A DNA stretch of 64,000 nucleotides from Sedimentisphaerales bacterium (GTDB lineage: Bacteria; Planctomycetota; Phycisphaerae; Sedimentisphaerales; SM23-30). The notes under the pieces are model-generated. The model saw nothing but the letters and a program-made list of their open reading frames with translations, ran no database searches and was not told the DNA's origin. Where the stretch lies: NCBI GenBank assembly GCA_963666285.1, contig OY762711.1. The stretch is one strand, 5' to 3'. The first letter of the stretch is position 1. Every line of letters starts with the position of its first letter. The translations under genes were made by a program, and so were the position numbers. Of this stretch, positions 1 to 10,341 are shown piece by piece.

Positions 1-702
1 CCCTTCACTGGTCTGGTCATCAATCATTATATTGTTGATTTTAGTATCATTGTGAGTAATTCTAACGGGTAGCTCCCCGGAATTTACCAGGTCAGAGATG
101 ACATCAAAAATCCATCTATTATCCTGTATATATTTTACTTCAGTGATTACAGAGGGCAATCTGCCGGCAATGTTTTTTTTGACAGCTTCCTCAAATTGTC
201 TGTATCTGGGTTTGCCATCGAGGAAGTTTGGTATGGTGTCGATTAAGGGTTCGCCGGGCAGGTCTGTAAGTTGAGAAATGAATTTGCTGACAGATTTTGA
301 AGCTTCATAAGCCTGTTTGGTGTTATGATATTCATTGTGAGCGGTTGCCCCGTCAATAAATTTGCATAATCTCCAATAGTTGCCGTTATTATCCTTGTGG
401 AAATATTCGCCATCATTACCACAGAAATAAAATCTCATTACCCTGCGATTAATATCCTCTATTCCCTGGTCTTCCAGCTTAATCCTGATATGTTCGGTAA
501 CCCGAATAATATTAGTCATAACATCTTCGGGCCTGGTGAAGACATTATGATTGATTCTTTGCATGAAGTATTTTTTATCTGAGCTGCCACCGGCATGAAT
601 AAGGTACGTGTCATTGATATTTCCATCACCGAATTCATTGCAGCTGATAAACTTTGATCCGGTGTCGAATTCACCGAAAATTGTATCTAAATTATGAAGC
701 AT
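1..702 (-). CDS. Aminoglycoside phosphotransferase-fold sugar kinase, N-acetylhexosamine 1-kinase-like (partial, runs off window start)
   Basis: Not in the ORF track. Manual translation from ATG at 702 gives MLHNLDTIFGEF...GDGNINDTY...MQRINHNVF...LPVRITHNDTKINNIM, open to position 1. GNINDTY and THNDTKxNN are typical APH/NahK motifs. Confidence 0.8.
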   Translation of the reverse strand, partial: MLHNLDTIFGEFDTGSKFISCNEFGDGNINDTYLIHAGGSSDKKYFMQRINHNVFTRPEDVMTNIIRVTEHIRIKLEDQGIEDINRRVMRFYFCGNDGEYFHKDNNGNYWRLCKFIDGATAHNEYHNTKQAYEASKSVSKFISQLTDLPGEPLIDTIPNFLDGKPRYRQFEEAVKKNIAGRLPSVITEVKYIQDNRWIFDVISDLVNSGELPVRITHNDTKINNIMIDDQTSEG

Positions 703-1071
703 GGCCTAATATTTTACTTTATTATTAATAATTTGCACGAATATTCTGGTAATAAACTTTTGATATAATAACAGGTATTGTATTTGTGCTTGACAATTGC
801 CGGTATCTAATATAGGATTGCCATAAGAGAAGGTTTTAAGTGTTAGGTATGAGTGTTTCCGGTTTGCTGGAAACAAAAAGTAATCTGTTAAATAGAAACG
901 CTTGTGCTATGCGCATGCCGGTATCTGTAATTTTATCCGGTATATTTGAAAATTCTATATGTCCCTCAGTATTTATGAATTCCCTATATAAGATATGTAT
1001 TCTAAGGTGTTGGTAATACTTTAGTTATTTAACATTGGTTTATTGTTTTTTTGATATTTAGGAGCTTTGCA

Positions 1072-1986
1072 ATGGATAGAAGAAGTTTTATAGCCGCAGG
1101 AACAATAGCAGGAGCTGCCCTTGGTGCAGCAGCGTCAAGCAGTTCAGCTCAGCAGTTAGAAAATGGCACCCCATTTAAGTTGAAATATGCTCCACATCAT
1201 GGATTCTTTAAGCATCATGCCGGGGAAGACTATCTTAGCCAGCTGCAGTTTTCGGCAGAGGCAGGTTTCAGGGCATGGGAAGATAATAGTATGATGGGCC
1301 GACCTGTTGAATTGCAGACAAAGGCCGGTGCTTTGATGGAAAAGCTTGGAGTTGAAATGGGTGTTTTTGTTGCCCTTGCGGATTTCGGCAATAATGATAT
1401 GGTTACCAAGACAGATAAGGAATACCAGGATCATTTACGCGGTATAATGAAGAATGCGGTAGAGTGCGCCAAGCGAGTAAATGCAAAATGGTGTACGGTT
1501 GTCCCAGGAAAGGTTAATAATAAACTTGAACACGACTATCAAATGGCAAATTGTATTGAGAATCTGAAGGTTATGGCAGAAGTATGTGAGCCATCAGGCT
1601 TGGTTATGGTTCTCGAGTCTTTGAATTGGTGGGCTAATCATGACGGTTTATTTTTAACAAAGATACCACAGGCGTATCTTGTCTGTAAAGCAGTTGGAAG
1701 TCCATCATGTAAAATACTGGATGATTTATATCACCAGCAGATTCAGGAAGGCAACCTGATCCCTAATATGGAAAAGGCCTGGAGTGAGATAGCCTATATC
1801 CAGGTTGGTGATAATCCAGGCAGAAAAGAGCCGACATCAGGTGAGATTAATTATAAGAATATATTCAAGTGGCTGCATAATAAGGGCTACCAGGGTATTG
1901 TAGGGATGGAGCACGGTATGAGCAAAGGCGGCAAGGAAGGTGAAGCAGCCTTGATAAATGCGTACAGGGAATGTGATAGTTTTTGA
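1072..1986 (+). CDS. Tat-exported hydroxypyruvate isomerase / xylose-isomerase-like TIM-barrel protein
   Basis: Twin-arginine signal MDRRSFIAAG after an AGGAG RBS; motifs LESLN, DLYHQQIQEGN, QVGDNPGRKEP, GMEH. Confidence 0.85.
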   Translation: MDRRSFIAAGTIAGAALGAAASSSSAQQLENGTPFKLKYAPHHGFFKHHAGEDYLSQLQFSAEAGFRAWEDNSMMGRPVELQTKAGALMEKLGVEMGVFVALADFGNNDMVTKTDKEYQDHLRGIMKNAVECAKRVNAKWCTVVPGKVNNKLEHDYQMANCIENLKVMAEVCEPSGLVMVLESLNWWANHDGLFLTKIPQAYLVCKAVGSPSCKILDDLYHQQIQEGNLIPNMEKAWSEIAYIQVGDNPGRKEPTSGEINYKNIFKWLHNKGYQGIVGMEHGMSKGGKEGEAALINAYRECDSF

Positions 1987-2184
1987 TAAGAGAGCGATAT
2001 TAAGGCAACCTCTGAAAATTGATTTTGAGCGACAAGTTTTTCTTTTGCCTGCTGACACGCATCGTATAAAACAGTGAATATAGCCCAATATGCACGATTT
2101 AATATTCCTTGTCAGCAACCAAAATCTTAAACTATTGCATCAAAAGCAATTTTCAGGGGTCACCTTAATCTTTAGTATAGAATT

Positions 2185-2985
2185 ATGAAATTGAGATATA
2201 TAATAATTATATTTCTGGCAAGCCTGTTGTTTTCCGGATGTCAGCTATTTAAGAAAAAAACTGTAGCAATGTATGATGACCGGATCATCGGCTGGTATAA
2301 ACTCAGCACTAAGACAATAGATGATGCTGTTGTAGAGGATGATGATACGCTTGTGCCGATACTAAAGCGCAATAAGCAATTTTATACAATTTGCCGTGGT
2401 TTTGAGATGCCATTGAATACATGTTCAGCCGGTCTGGAATGGGGTTTCACTCCATCCAGTATGGAAGGGACCATGTTTGTATTTTGCGGTCCGGGCTGGC
2501 CGTGTCATCTTAAGATATATGACAGGCAGAAGGCGGTTTTTGACTGGTATGAGCCAGGAAAGAAATACAAGCTGATAAAGGTTGCTGAGCCAGAAGGTCT
2601 GTCGTATACGGTTGAGTCAGCACCGGAAAATTCAGACGGTTTTATAGGAATATATCAGCCGGTATATTTCCCCTGGATGAGGGTGGAGATATCTAAGGAA
2701 GCTGACAAATATAATTATAAATATTCCGAGTTGAGGATAGTTCAGGAAGAGGCGAAATGGATAGCTATGGGAATGGCGGAAAGTGTATTGCCGCTGGATG
2801 AAGCCCAGGGTTTTCTGGTTATTTATCAGAAGGCAAAAAATTACTTGCTTTTCAGTAAGGAGCTTAGCAGATTTGAGGTGATAATTGGAAGTACGGGTTT
2901 GCGGATGCCAATGGTAAAGCTGACTTCTAGCGAAGAAACACCTCAAGTGCCAAAAGTTAATCTTGGCATACCAAGCTGGAATTAG
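2185..2985 (+). CDS. Hypothetical lipoprotein
   Basis: 266-aa ORF with basic N-terminus, hydrophobic stretch and lipobox LFSGC. Confidence 0.65.
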   Translation: MKLRYIIIIFLASLLFSGCQLFKKKTVAMYDDRIIGWYKLSTKTIDDAVVEDDDTLVPILKRNKQFYTICRGFEMPLNTCSAGLEWGFTPSSMEGTMFVFCGPGWPCHLKIYDRQKAVFDWYEPGKKYKLIKVAEPEGLSYTVESAPENSDGFIGIYQPVYFPWMRVEISKEADKYNYKYSELRIVQEEAKWIAMGMAESVLPLDEAQGFLVIYQKAKNYLLFSKELSRFEVIIGSTGLRMPMVKLTSSEETPQVPKVNLGIPSWN

Positions 2986-3205
2986 ATTGTTTGATATAAG
3001 ATTATAAAATATAGTGCTTTACAGAAGATGAGTTTGAATGTTTTGATAATATGTAAAGAGTTCATTTTGAAATGTAGACATTTTGGTTTCGGTTTGCTAG
3101 AATGATCTCCAAACTGCAGCATCTTGCCTGTGACTAGACTTTCAAATTCCGGCTCATATGTTTAAGAAAGAATCTTTATATTATCGATTAACAAAGGAAA
3201 AAAGT

Positions 3206-5647
3206 ATGAGATTTAAGTGTGTATTGTTATTTTTGGCATTTGTTTTTGCATCGAGTTCTATTTTAGATGCAGAGACGGTAAAGATGGTTCCATTTCAAAA
3301 GGTTAAAATGGATGATTCTGTCTGGCAGCCGAGAATAAAAATGCTGGTAAAAGATACTCTTCCCCATGCTTTTAAGAATACAGAAGTCGGTTTGAACCGG
3401 TTGCGTATGTGTGCAGAATACCAGGAGAAAAGCGGAGGTCCCAAGCCGGAGGCTCATCGTTTTAATACATCCGATCTGTATAAGGTAATGGAGGGCGGTG
3501 CGATGATGATCCAGGCTGAGCCTAATCCAGAGATAGAAGAGCTGATGGATAAGGCAGTGGATATTATCGCCCGGGCACAGCAGGAAGATGGATATCTTTA
3601 CGTTTCGCATATATGCGGTAATCCCATAGAGCATGAAATGGGGCCAAGGCCTTATTCTTACGTTGTCCACAGTCACGAGCTTTATAATATTGGTCATTTA
3701 TACGAAGCGGCGGTTGCTTATGCCCAGGCAACCGGCAAAACTAAACTGCTTGATGTAGCAGAGAAAAGTGCTCAGCATGTCAACAGGGTATTCTTTGAAG
3801 GCGATCCACGTTATAATGACGGCAAACCTGTTATGCAGGCACCCGGCCACGAGGAAATCGAATTGGGGCTGGTAAAGTTATATAATTATACCGGTAAGCA
3901 ATTGTATCTGGATATGGCCAGGAAATTTCTTGATATTCGTGGAGTTACATATGTTCCTAATGGTTCAAGAATAAATTCACCTGAATATGCGCAGCAGCAT
4001 GCGGCAGTTTCAAAGCAGACAGAAGCGGTTGGTCATGCCGTGCGTGCAACATATTTATATGCGGCAATGGCGGAAGTTGACAGCCTGTTGAATTCAGATA
4101 AATATTCAAATGCATTAAATTCTATCTGGCATAATATTGTTGATACCAAGATGCATATAAGCGGCGGTCTGGGAGCAGTTCATGGAATTGAAGGCTTTGG
4201 CCCAAGCTATGTGCTGCCGAATAGAAATACATACCTTGAGACATGTGCGGCAGTTGGTAATGTCTTTTTTAATATGAGAATGTTTCTGAAATATCACGAT
4301 GCCAAGTATGTGGATGTGGCAGAGGTGGCATTGTTGAATAATTGTTTGAGCGGCATAGGTCTTGATGGAAAGAGCTTTTTCTATCCAAACCCGTTGGAAG
4401 CAGATTTCGATCATAACCCGCGTTCGGGCTGGTTTGGTTGTGCGTGTTGTCCGTCAAATATTGCCAGATTGATACCACAGGTTTCTGGATATATGTATGC
4501 TACAGATGGCAAACAGCTGTGGTGTGCCTTGTATGGAAGTAACGAAACCAGTATCAATCTTAATGGAACAGATGTCAATATTAAGCAGAAGACAGAGTAT
4601 CCTTATGACGGCAGGATTATGTTTAATGTTGACCCTGTCGATTCAGTTCAATTTGATCTGAACCTGCGTATACCAACCTGGGTAGGCAACCAGTTTGTTC
4701 CAGGTGAGTTGTATAGCTATGCCGGCAGCCCGACATATTGGAGTTTGAAGGTTAACGGCAAAAAAGTTCGTTCGACAGTGAATAAGGGGTTTGTCTCTCT
4801 GGGCAGAACATGGAAAAAAGGAGATGTAGTTGAGCTTGTATTTGATATGCCAGTCAGGTTAAATACCTGTATTGACGAAGTGAAGGCAAATAATGATCGT
4901 GTTTCATTCACTCGCGGCCCTTTGCTGTATTGTGCAGAAGGAGTTGATAATGGCGGTGCGGTACAAAGGTTTTATATAGAACCAGAGAAGGTTTTAAATG
5001 GTGCAAAAATAAAAGAAATACAAAATGGTGTTTTAGTCGGTTTGCCTCAGATTATTATTCCGGCCAAGCAGAACCAGGGTAAATATTTTTCCGATACCAA
5101 GGTAAAGTTGATACCTTATTATGCATGGAGCAACCGTGACCGCAGTTCAATGATTACCTGGTTTGGCACAAAAGCTTCAATGACCCAACCTGATCCGAGG
5201 AGTCCCGGAGCAATGAAGTTTGCGGCGGTGAAAGCTTCGCATACATGGAGTGGTGATACGACAGATGCTATTCGTCTGCGAAATAATCCAGAGTCTTCAG
5301 CTGATACCTCAATCAGGCGGTGGACCAGCTGGCCGCAGAAAGGCAAAGCTCAGTGGGTGGAAATTTTGCTGGAGAAAGAAAGTACAATCACTGAAGTCGG
5401 TGTGTACTGGTATAACGATAATGGCGGAGTGCAGCTACCGGGTAAATGGCATATTGAAGTGCCGGCTAACGGAGGTTGGCAGAAGCTGGATATATATAAT
5501 ACAGATCAGTACAGCTACCTGGCGGACTGTTATAATATGGTTCATCCTGCCGAATTGCTAAAGACAGATAAGATTCGTTTAGTGATGGAACCGGTCCATG
5601 ATCAGACTTGTGTAGGTATATTATCCTTGAATATAGGAATTGAATAA
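3206..5647 (+). CDS. Glycoside hydrolase family 127 (beta-L-arabinofuranosidase-like) with C-terminal beta-sandwich/discoidin-like domain
   Basis: Signal peptide; motifs SHELYNIGH, GHEEIEL, GHAVRA, ETCAAVG and WFGCACCP (Zn/Cys catalytic site of GH127). Start placed at MRFK; ORF track starts at 3158. Confidence 0.9.
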   Translation: MRFKCVLLFLAFVFASSSILDAETVKMVPFQKVKMDDSVWQPRIKMLVKDTLPHAFKNTEVGLNRLRMCAEYQEKSGGPKPEAHRFNTSDLYKVMEGGAMMIQAEPNPEIEELMDKAVDIIARAQQEDGYLYVSHICGNPIEHEMGPRPYSYVVHSHELYNIGHLYEAAVAYAQATGKTKLLDVAEKSAQHVNRVFFEGDPRYNDGKPVMQAPGHEEIELGLVKLYNYTGKQLYLDMARKFLDIRGVTYVPNGSRINSPEYAQQHAAVSKQTEAVGHAVRATYLYAAMAEVDSLLNSDKYSNALNSIWHNIVDTKMHISGGLGAVHGIEGFGPSYVLPNRNTYLETCAAVGNVFFNMRMFLKYHDAKYVDVAEVALLNNCLSGIGLDGKSFFYPNPLEADFDHNPRSGWFGCACCPSNIARLIPQVSGYMYATDGKQLWCALYGSNETSINLNGTDVNIKQKTEYPYDGRIMFNVDPVDSVQFDLNLRIPTWVGNQFVPGELYSYAGSPTYWSLKVNGKKVRSTVNKGFVSLGRTWKKGDVVELVFDMPVRLNTCIDEVKANNDRVSFTRGPLLYCAEGVDNGGAVQRFYIEPEKVLNGAKIKEIQNGVLVGLPQIIIPAKQNQGKYFSDTKVKLIPYYAWSNRDRSSMITWFGTKASMTQPDPRSPGAMKFAAVKASHTWSGDTTDAIRLRNNPESSADTSIRRWTSWPQKGKAQWVEILLEKESTITEVGVYWYNDNGGVQLPGKWHIEVPANGGWQKLDIYNTDQYSYLADCYNMVHPAELLKTDKIRLVMEPVHDQTCVGILSLNIGIE

Positions 5648-5725
5648 AATGGAATTGGTTAGCATGTAGTTAGCTGATTAAATCGCGTAATTGTTTTATA
5701 TTGCTCAAAGAGATTGGAGTTTTAC

Positions 5726-6997
5726 ATGGAAAAAGGCGTTAATCGAAGAGATTTTGTAAAAAGTGCTGCAGCGGTGTCTCTTGGCAGTGTTTTAATTTCA
5801 GGCAGTAATTTATTTGCTGCCGGTTCTGATAGTATTCGTGTGGCTGTCGTAGGCTGCGGCGGTCGGGGTACAGGAGCCCTGGGTGATTTTCTTAACGCCG
5901 CCAAGCATATGAATATGCAGGTTGAGGTGGTAGGCCTGGCAGATTACTTCATGGGGCGTGCAAAGGGAGCAGCTCAGAAATACGGCATATCAGAAGATCT
6001 ATGTATCGAAGGGCCGCTGGCATATAAAGATATCATGAAGACAAATGCAGATATTGTAATCCTGGCAACACCGCCAATTTTCCGGCCAGTTCATTTTGAA
6101 GCAGCTGTTAATGCCGGAAAGCATGTGTTTATGGAAAAACCAGTAGCAGTTGACCTTCCCGGTATACGCCAGATAATAGCAGCCGGCAAGATTGCTTCTG
6201 AGAAAAAGCTAAGCGTTATAGCCGGAACTCAGCGTCGTCACCAGCAGCAATATGTTGAAACATACAATGCTATTCAGGCTGGAGCAATCGGCAAGATTCG
6301 TGCTGCTAATGTCTGGTGGTGCGGCGGTAAACTATGGTATCAAAAACGTAATCCGGGCGAAGATGATGCATCTTACCTGATTCGAAACTGGGTGAGTTTT
6401 GCAGAGATGTCCGGCGATCATATTGTTGAGCAGCATATTCATAATATTGATGTAGCGAACTGGTTTATCGGCAGGACACCAAAGGAAGCTAATGGTTTTG
6501 GCGGTCGTGCCCGCAGGCAGACAGGTAACCAGTTTGATTTCTTCAGTATCGATTTTGACTATGGAGATGATGTAAAGGTTCATAGCATGTGTCGTCAGAT
6601 TGATGGATGCTATACCCGAGTTTCAGAGAATTTTGTTGGTACTGATGGTTCAACATGGGGCAGTGGTCCTGACAGTCAGGGATATGCTAATAATGTTACC
6701 TATGCAAAGATGCAGGGGTATGTTGGTAATCCTTATGTACAGGAGCATGTTGATCTGTTAAAGAGCATTGTTGGTGGTAAAGCAGTGAATGTGTCGGAAG
6801 ATGTGGCAGCATCAAATGCGACAGCGATTATGGGTCGAATCAGTGCCTATACCGGTAACCTGGTGCGTTGGAAAGATATTATGGAAAACGAGAAATCTCC
6901 ATATTACAATATGGCAATGAGTCCCGGGCCGTTAGATTTCGAGACAGGCAGTGTAAAGGCACCGGCTGATGATGTTGCTCCTGTGCCAGGTAAATGA
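5726..6997 (+). CDS. Tat-exported Gfo/Idh/MocA family oxidoreductase
   Basis: NRRDFVK Tat motif, VGCGGRG Rossmann motif, HVFMEKPVA, EQHIHNID. Confidence 0.9.
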   Translation: MEKGVNRRDFVKSAAAVSLGSVLISGSNLFAAGSDSIRVAVVGCGGRGTGALGDFLNAAKHMNMQVEVVGLADYFMGRAKGAAQKYGISEDLCIEGPLAYKDIMKTNADIVILATPPIFRPVHFEAAVNAGKHVFMEKPVAVDLPGIRQIIAAGKIASEKKLSVIAGTQRRHQQQYVETYNAIQAGAIGKIRAANVWWCGGKLWYQKRNPGEDDASYLIRNWVSFAEMSGDHIVEQHIHNIDVANWFIGRTPKEANGFGGRARRQTGNQFDFFSIDFDYGDDVKVHSMCRQIDGCYTRVSENFVGTDGSTWGSGPDSQGYANNVTYAKMQGYVGNPYVQEHVDLLKSIVGGKAVNVSEDVAASNATAIMGRISAYTGNLVRWKDIMENEKSPYYNMAMSPGPLDFETGSVKAPADDVAPVPGK

Positions 6998-7044
6998 GTT
7001 CAGGTTTGACACTTTTTGAGTGTGTGAAGATATATACAAACTAG

Positions 7045-7084
7045 AAATATTCGGGCTGAAAATATATTTGGCCCGGATATTTTT
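7045..7084 (+). terminator. Probable intrinsic terminator after the oxidoreductase
   Basis: Stem AAATATTCGGGC...GCCCGGATATTT followed by T run. Confidence 0.55.
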
Positions 7085-7331
7085 GTATATTTAGTCCTAT
7101 AAGCGACAATCGAAGCCCGTTTTTTTGTTGGGGAAGCTCAATGTGTGTCCCATAACTAATTCCTTAAAATAATACGCTTATAATGCGTTTTATAGGCTGG
7201 TTTTAAGAAAAGGTAGGTGAATACACTTATTTCGTACTAAGTGTCATGGGTGGGTTTCAAGTTTAAGGTATTAGCTAATTGCCATTATGTGGCGAATATT
7301 AGAGATATTATTGGACATATGTGTATTGGTT

Positions 7332-7381
7332 AAAAAAACAGGGTACTCAAACCGATTCTGCGACGTGCAGTTTGAATACCC
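7332..7381 (-). terminator. Minus-strand intrinsic terminator with no adjacent minus-strand CDS
   Basis: GGGTACTCAAAC...GTTTGAATACCC stem preceded by A7 on the + strand (U7 tail on the - strand). Confidence 0.55.
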
Positions 7382-7568
7382 CTTATAAGAGAGAAGAAGT
7401 TGTTAAGTTAGTATTACAATCGGTGAGGAGGGTAGGGAACTTAATAAAAAATTATAAGTTTTCTTCAAAAAAAGTATCTTTTTGACAAGTTCTTTTATTT
7501 TGAAAGGTTAATCAATAGCCAAATTAGTATATCGGGGCCCTCAATTATAAATTTTGTTGAAATTCAAT

Positions 7569-7616
7569 TTGACAAAGCTTATACATAGCACTACAATGTA
7601 TAAGTGTGCTAGGTAT
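7569..7616 (+). promoter_or_regulatory. Sigma70 promoter of padR overlapped by inverted repeats (likely PadR operator)
   Basis: TTGACA (7569-7574), 17 nt, TACAAT (7592-7597). Inverted repeats TTATACAT/ATGTATAA and ATACATAGCAC/GTGCTAGGTAT. Confidence 0.7.
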
Positions 7617-7630
7617 TAAGGAGTATTAGT

Positions 7631-7972
7631 ATGAGTATATCAAAAGATTTAGTAGCAGCTTCTGCGACTCCGATGGTTCTGTCAATATTGTCAGAAGGGC
7701 CAAACTATGGCTATGCTATTATAAAAAGAGTTCATGATTTGTCCGGTGGGCAATTGCAGTGGACTGATGGGATGTTGTATCCTGTTCTGCATCGACTCGA
7801 GAAACAAGGATTGATTGAAGCTGAATGGGGTAAGTCTGAGGAAGGGCGAAAGCGAAAGTATTATCATATCAAAAAACAGGGAACCGAAAGGCTTGTTGGC
7901 CAGAAGGCTCAATGGGAAGCGGTTTATTCAACATTAAGACAACTATGGGAGGACAAACCATGTTTGACCTGA
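7631..7972 (+). CDS. PadR family transcriptional regulator
   Basis: YGYAII, GMLYPVLHRLE, RKRKYY winged-helix motifs. Confidence 0.92.
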   Translation: MSISKDLVAASATPMVLSILSEGPNYGYAIIKRVHDLSGGQLQWTDGMLYPVLHRLEKQGLIEAEWGKSEEGRKRKYYHIKKQGTERLVGQKAQWEAVYSTLRQLWEDKPCLT

Positions 7973-8655
7973 ATAAAGAAGTTGCAAAATGGAAAAAGAC
8001 TTTATGTGTAAATGATACATGCAGTGCGGCAGATGTTATTGAGCTGGAGAGCCATCTTTATGATTCGATGGCAGAGCTGAAAGCTAAAGGCCTAACAGAG
8101 CAGGAGGCATTTTATATAGCATTGCACAGGCTTGGGAGTCCGGATGTATTGGCTCATGAATACGGAAAAGTAAATGGCTCAAGAAGTTTATTGAATAAGC
8201 TAGTATATGCCGGGTTAGGTATTGTGGTATTAAATATAATATCTAATCTTAGTTCTATTTTGACAAATGGAATTCGAGTTTTATCATTTAGTATAGGCTT
8301 CAGGCCGAAAGATGTGGCATACCTGGGTATTGCAGCGCAGATAATTATTTTATTGTCTGTGCTGATATGCTGTTATTTTCTGTTAAAATATAAACGGTAT
8401 GGTATTGGAACTTTTTTGAGTAGTGTTTTTGGTAAAGTGTCTTTGGTGTTTCTTACTTTAGTACTGGTTGTTGGAAGTAGAGTATCGTCAATGTTAGAAT
8501 CGCTGTTATTGGTGCGTTCTATTGGAGCTTCTGAATTTGGCCAGATTTCACTTATTTCAAACTATTTCTACTTTGGTTATTCAATTGTATTTCCTATGGT
8601 GATAGTCATATTTGTTATGGTTTTTTGGCACAAAAACAGTGTTGTAAAAGGTTGA
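7960..8655 (+). CDS. Permease-prefix-domain membrane protein (PadR partner)
   Basis: ELESHLYD...GLTEQEAF..ALHRLG N-terminal motif plus about four hydrophobic segments; start overlaps padR end after GGAGG RBS. Confidence 0.75.
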   Translation: MFDLNKEVAKWKKTLCVNDTCSAADVIELESHLYDSMAELKAKGLTEQEAFYIALHRLGSPDVLAHEYGKVNGSRSLLNKLVYAGLGIVVLNIISNLSSILTNGIRVLSFSIGFRPKDVAYLGIAAQIIILLSVLICCYFLLKYKRYGIGTFLSSVFGKVSLVFLTLVLVVGSRVSSMLESLLLVRSIGASEFGQISLISNYFYFGYSIVFPMVIVIFVMVFWHKNSVVKG

Positions 8656-8672
8656 TGTTGGGTTAGATGGCA

Positions 8673-9806
8673 TTAGATTCTTGGTTTTCTAATAGTCTGG
8701 TCCTGATGCCTGGCGATATTGATAAGCAATCCCAGGGCAATAAAGTTGCAAACCAGACTGGTACCGCCGTAGCTGATAAACGGCAGAGTCATGCCGGTAA
8801 CAGGTGCCAGGCCGATAGTCATTGAGACGTTGACAAAGGTTTGAGCGGCGATAATCGCTGCGATACCAACGGCAACTAATTTACCGAATGGGTCTTTTTG
8901 TTCTGACGCTATTTCAGCGGCGCCAATGATAATAAGCAGATATAATCCCAGGATTGAGCTGCAGCCGACAATACCCCACTGGTGGCCAATCATAGCAAAG
9001 ATAAAGTCGTTATGTCTGTCGGGCAGGAAGTCGTATTTAACAAACAGGCCATCTTGACGCTGGCCGCTGATACCACCGGATCCGATACACATTTTTGACT
9101 TGTGCAGCTGGTAGCCTTTATCGTTGAGCCAGTCTACATCGGTAGTGTTTTGTTTGATGAGTCCTAAGATTCGCATTTTCTGATAATCTTTCATGAATAA
9201 GAGTCCCAGGGGAGATATCAGTAATGCAATCAATATTACCATGACAATATGCTTAATCTTTGTGCCTGCCATGAAGATCATGGCGAATAAGGTTGGGATG
9301 AAAAGCAATACTGTTCCCAGGTCAGGTTCCAGCAGAATCAGTACCATCGGGACGGCGCCCAGGATGAATGGGAATATGATGCCGTTTTTGAATAAAGAGC
9401 ATTCTCTATCCTTTAGGAACCAGGCCAGAGAGAGGATGTATGACAGTTTTGCCAATTCGGAAGGCTGTATTCTGAATCCGGCAAGGTTAATCCATCTGTA
9501 TGAGCCGCCGATCATGGGAACCAGGGAAGCGATACCAAGGTATTTACCAGCCAGTACAAGAGCCAGTAAAGCAATGGTTATCATATAGAGTAAGCTGCTC
9601 ATCCGGCCTAATTTTTTATAAGGTATATTAGCTGTGGTTAGTAATGCAAAGAAAGAGATACCGAGCCAGAAAATTTGTTTCATAAACTTGTTGGTATGGC
9701 CACTGGCATAAATACATGCCAGTCCGGTTCCAACAAGTCCGACAACAGCTAAGAGCATGATGAGTCTTAGCCCGCCAAGTTTTCCATTCCATATCAGGTT
9801 TAACAT
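8673..9806 (-). CDS. rodA: SEDS family peptidoglycan polymerase (RodA/FtsW)
   Basis: RWI, IQPSELAK, EPDLGT, GYQL, HNDFIFA, TGMTLPFISYGGTS motifs. RodA versus FtsW assignment is tentative. Confidence 0.85.
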   Translation of the reverse strand: MLNLIWNGKLGGLRLIMLLAVVGLVGTGLACIYASGHTNKFMKQIFWLGISFFALLTTANIPYKKLGRMSSLLYMITIALLALVLAGKYLGIASLVPMIGGSYRWINLAGFRIQPSELAKLSYILSLAWFLKDRECSLFKNGIIFPFILGAVPMVLILLEPDLGTVLLFIPTLFAMIFMAGTKIKHIVMVILIALLISPLGLLFMKDYQKMRILGLIKQNTTDVDWLNDKGYQLHKSKMCIGSGGISGQRQDGLFVKYDFLPDRHNDFIFAMIGHQWGIVGCSSILGLYLLIIIGAAEIASEQKDPFGKLVAVGIAAIIAAQTFVNVSMTIGLAPVTGMTLPFISYGGTSLVCNFIALGLLINIARHQDQTIRKPRI

Positions 9807-10341
9807 GCTTGTGTGATTTCTAGTTTGCTGCCTGGAGGTGAATATGTGTTTGTCGGAAAGAGCTATGGCTAATCTAGTCTCTTGCGAGTAAATTACAGGA
9901 GTGTAATCCGAATCAGGGCACTTGTTTTTCCAGGCAGTTTCTGTATATTTTTGTATTATTTCGTTAATTCGGGGCTAAAGAGCCGGTGTTTGTAAGTCGA
10001 TGATTTTATTGGTACTTATATAGCTTATAGCGATATTTGCAAATAAGTTTCAATGTTGGATTTATTATATAAGAATAGTAATTATTTGTCATAACAAAAT
10101 TTGTTTAGAGTGAATAATTATCGTCTTATAATATAGTCTTTACCAGTGGTAATTTTAGCGATAAATTACTAATTTGAGTTAAAATGAGTTGTAGGTGGGT
10201 TAGGTGACCTTAATTTTTGTTGTACTGTCTGGCATGATTTTGACTTTAGATTCGTTTATGTTCAAAATATTGCCGGTATGTGATGTGTTGGGCCCAATAA
10301 CTATTTTGCGGCAGGTTTGATTCGAATTAAAAAGGGGATAA

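Noticed and set aside
397..582. 61-aa plus-strand ORF
   Set aside because: Antisense to the kinase gene at 1-702.
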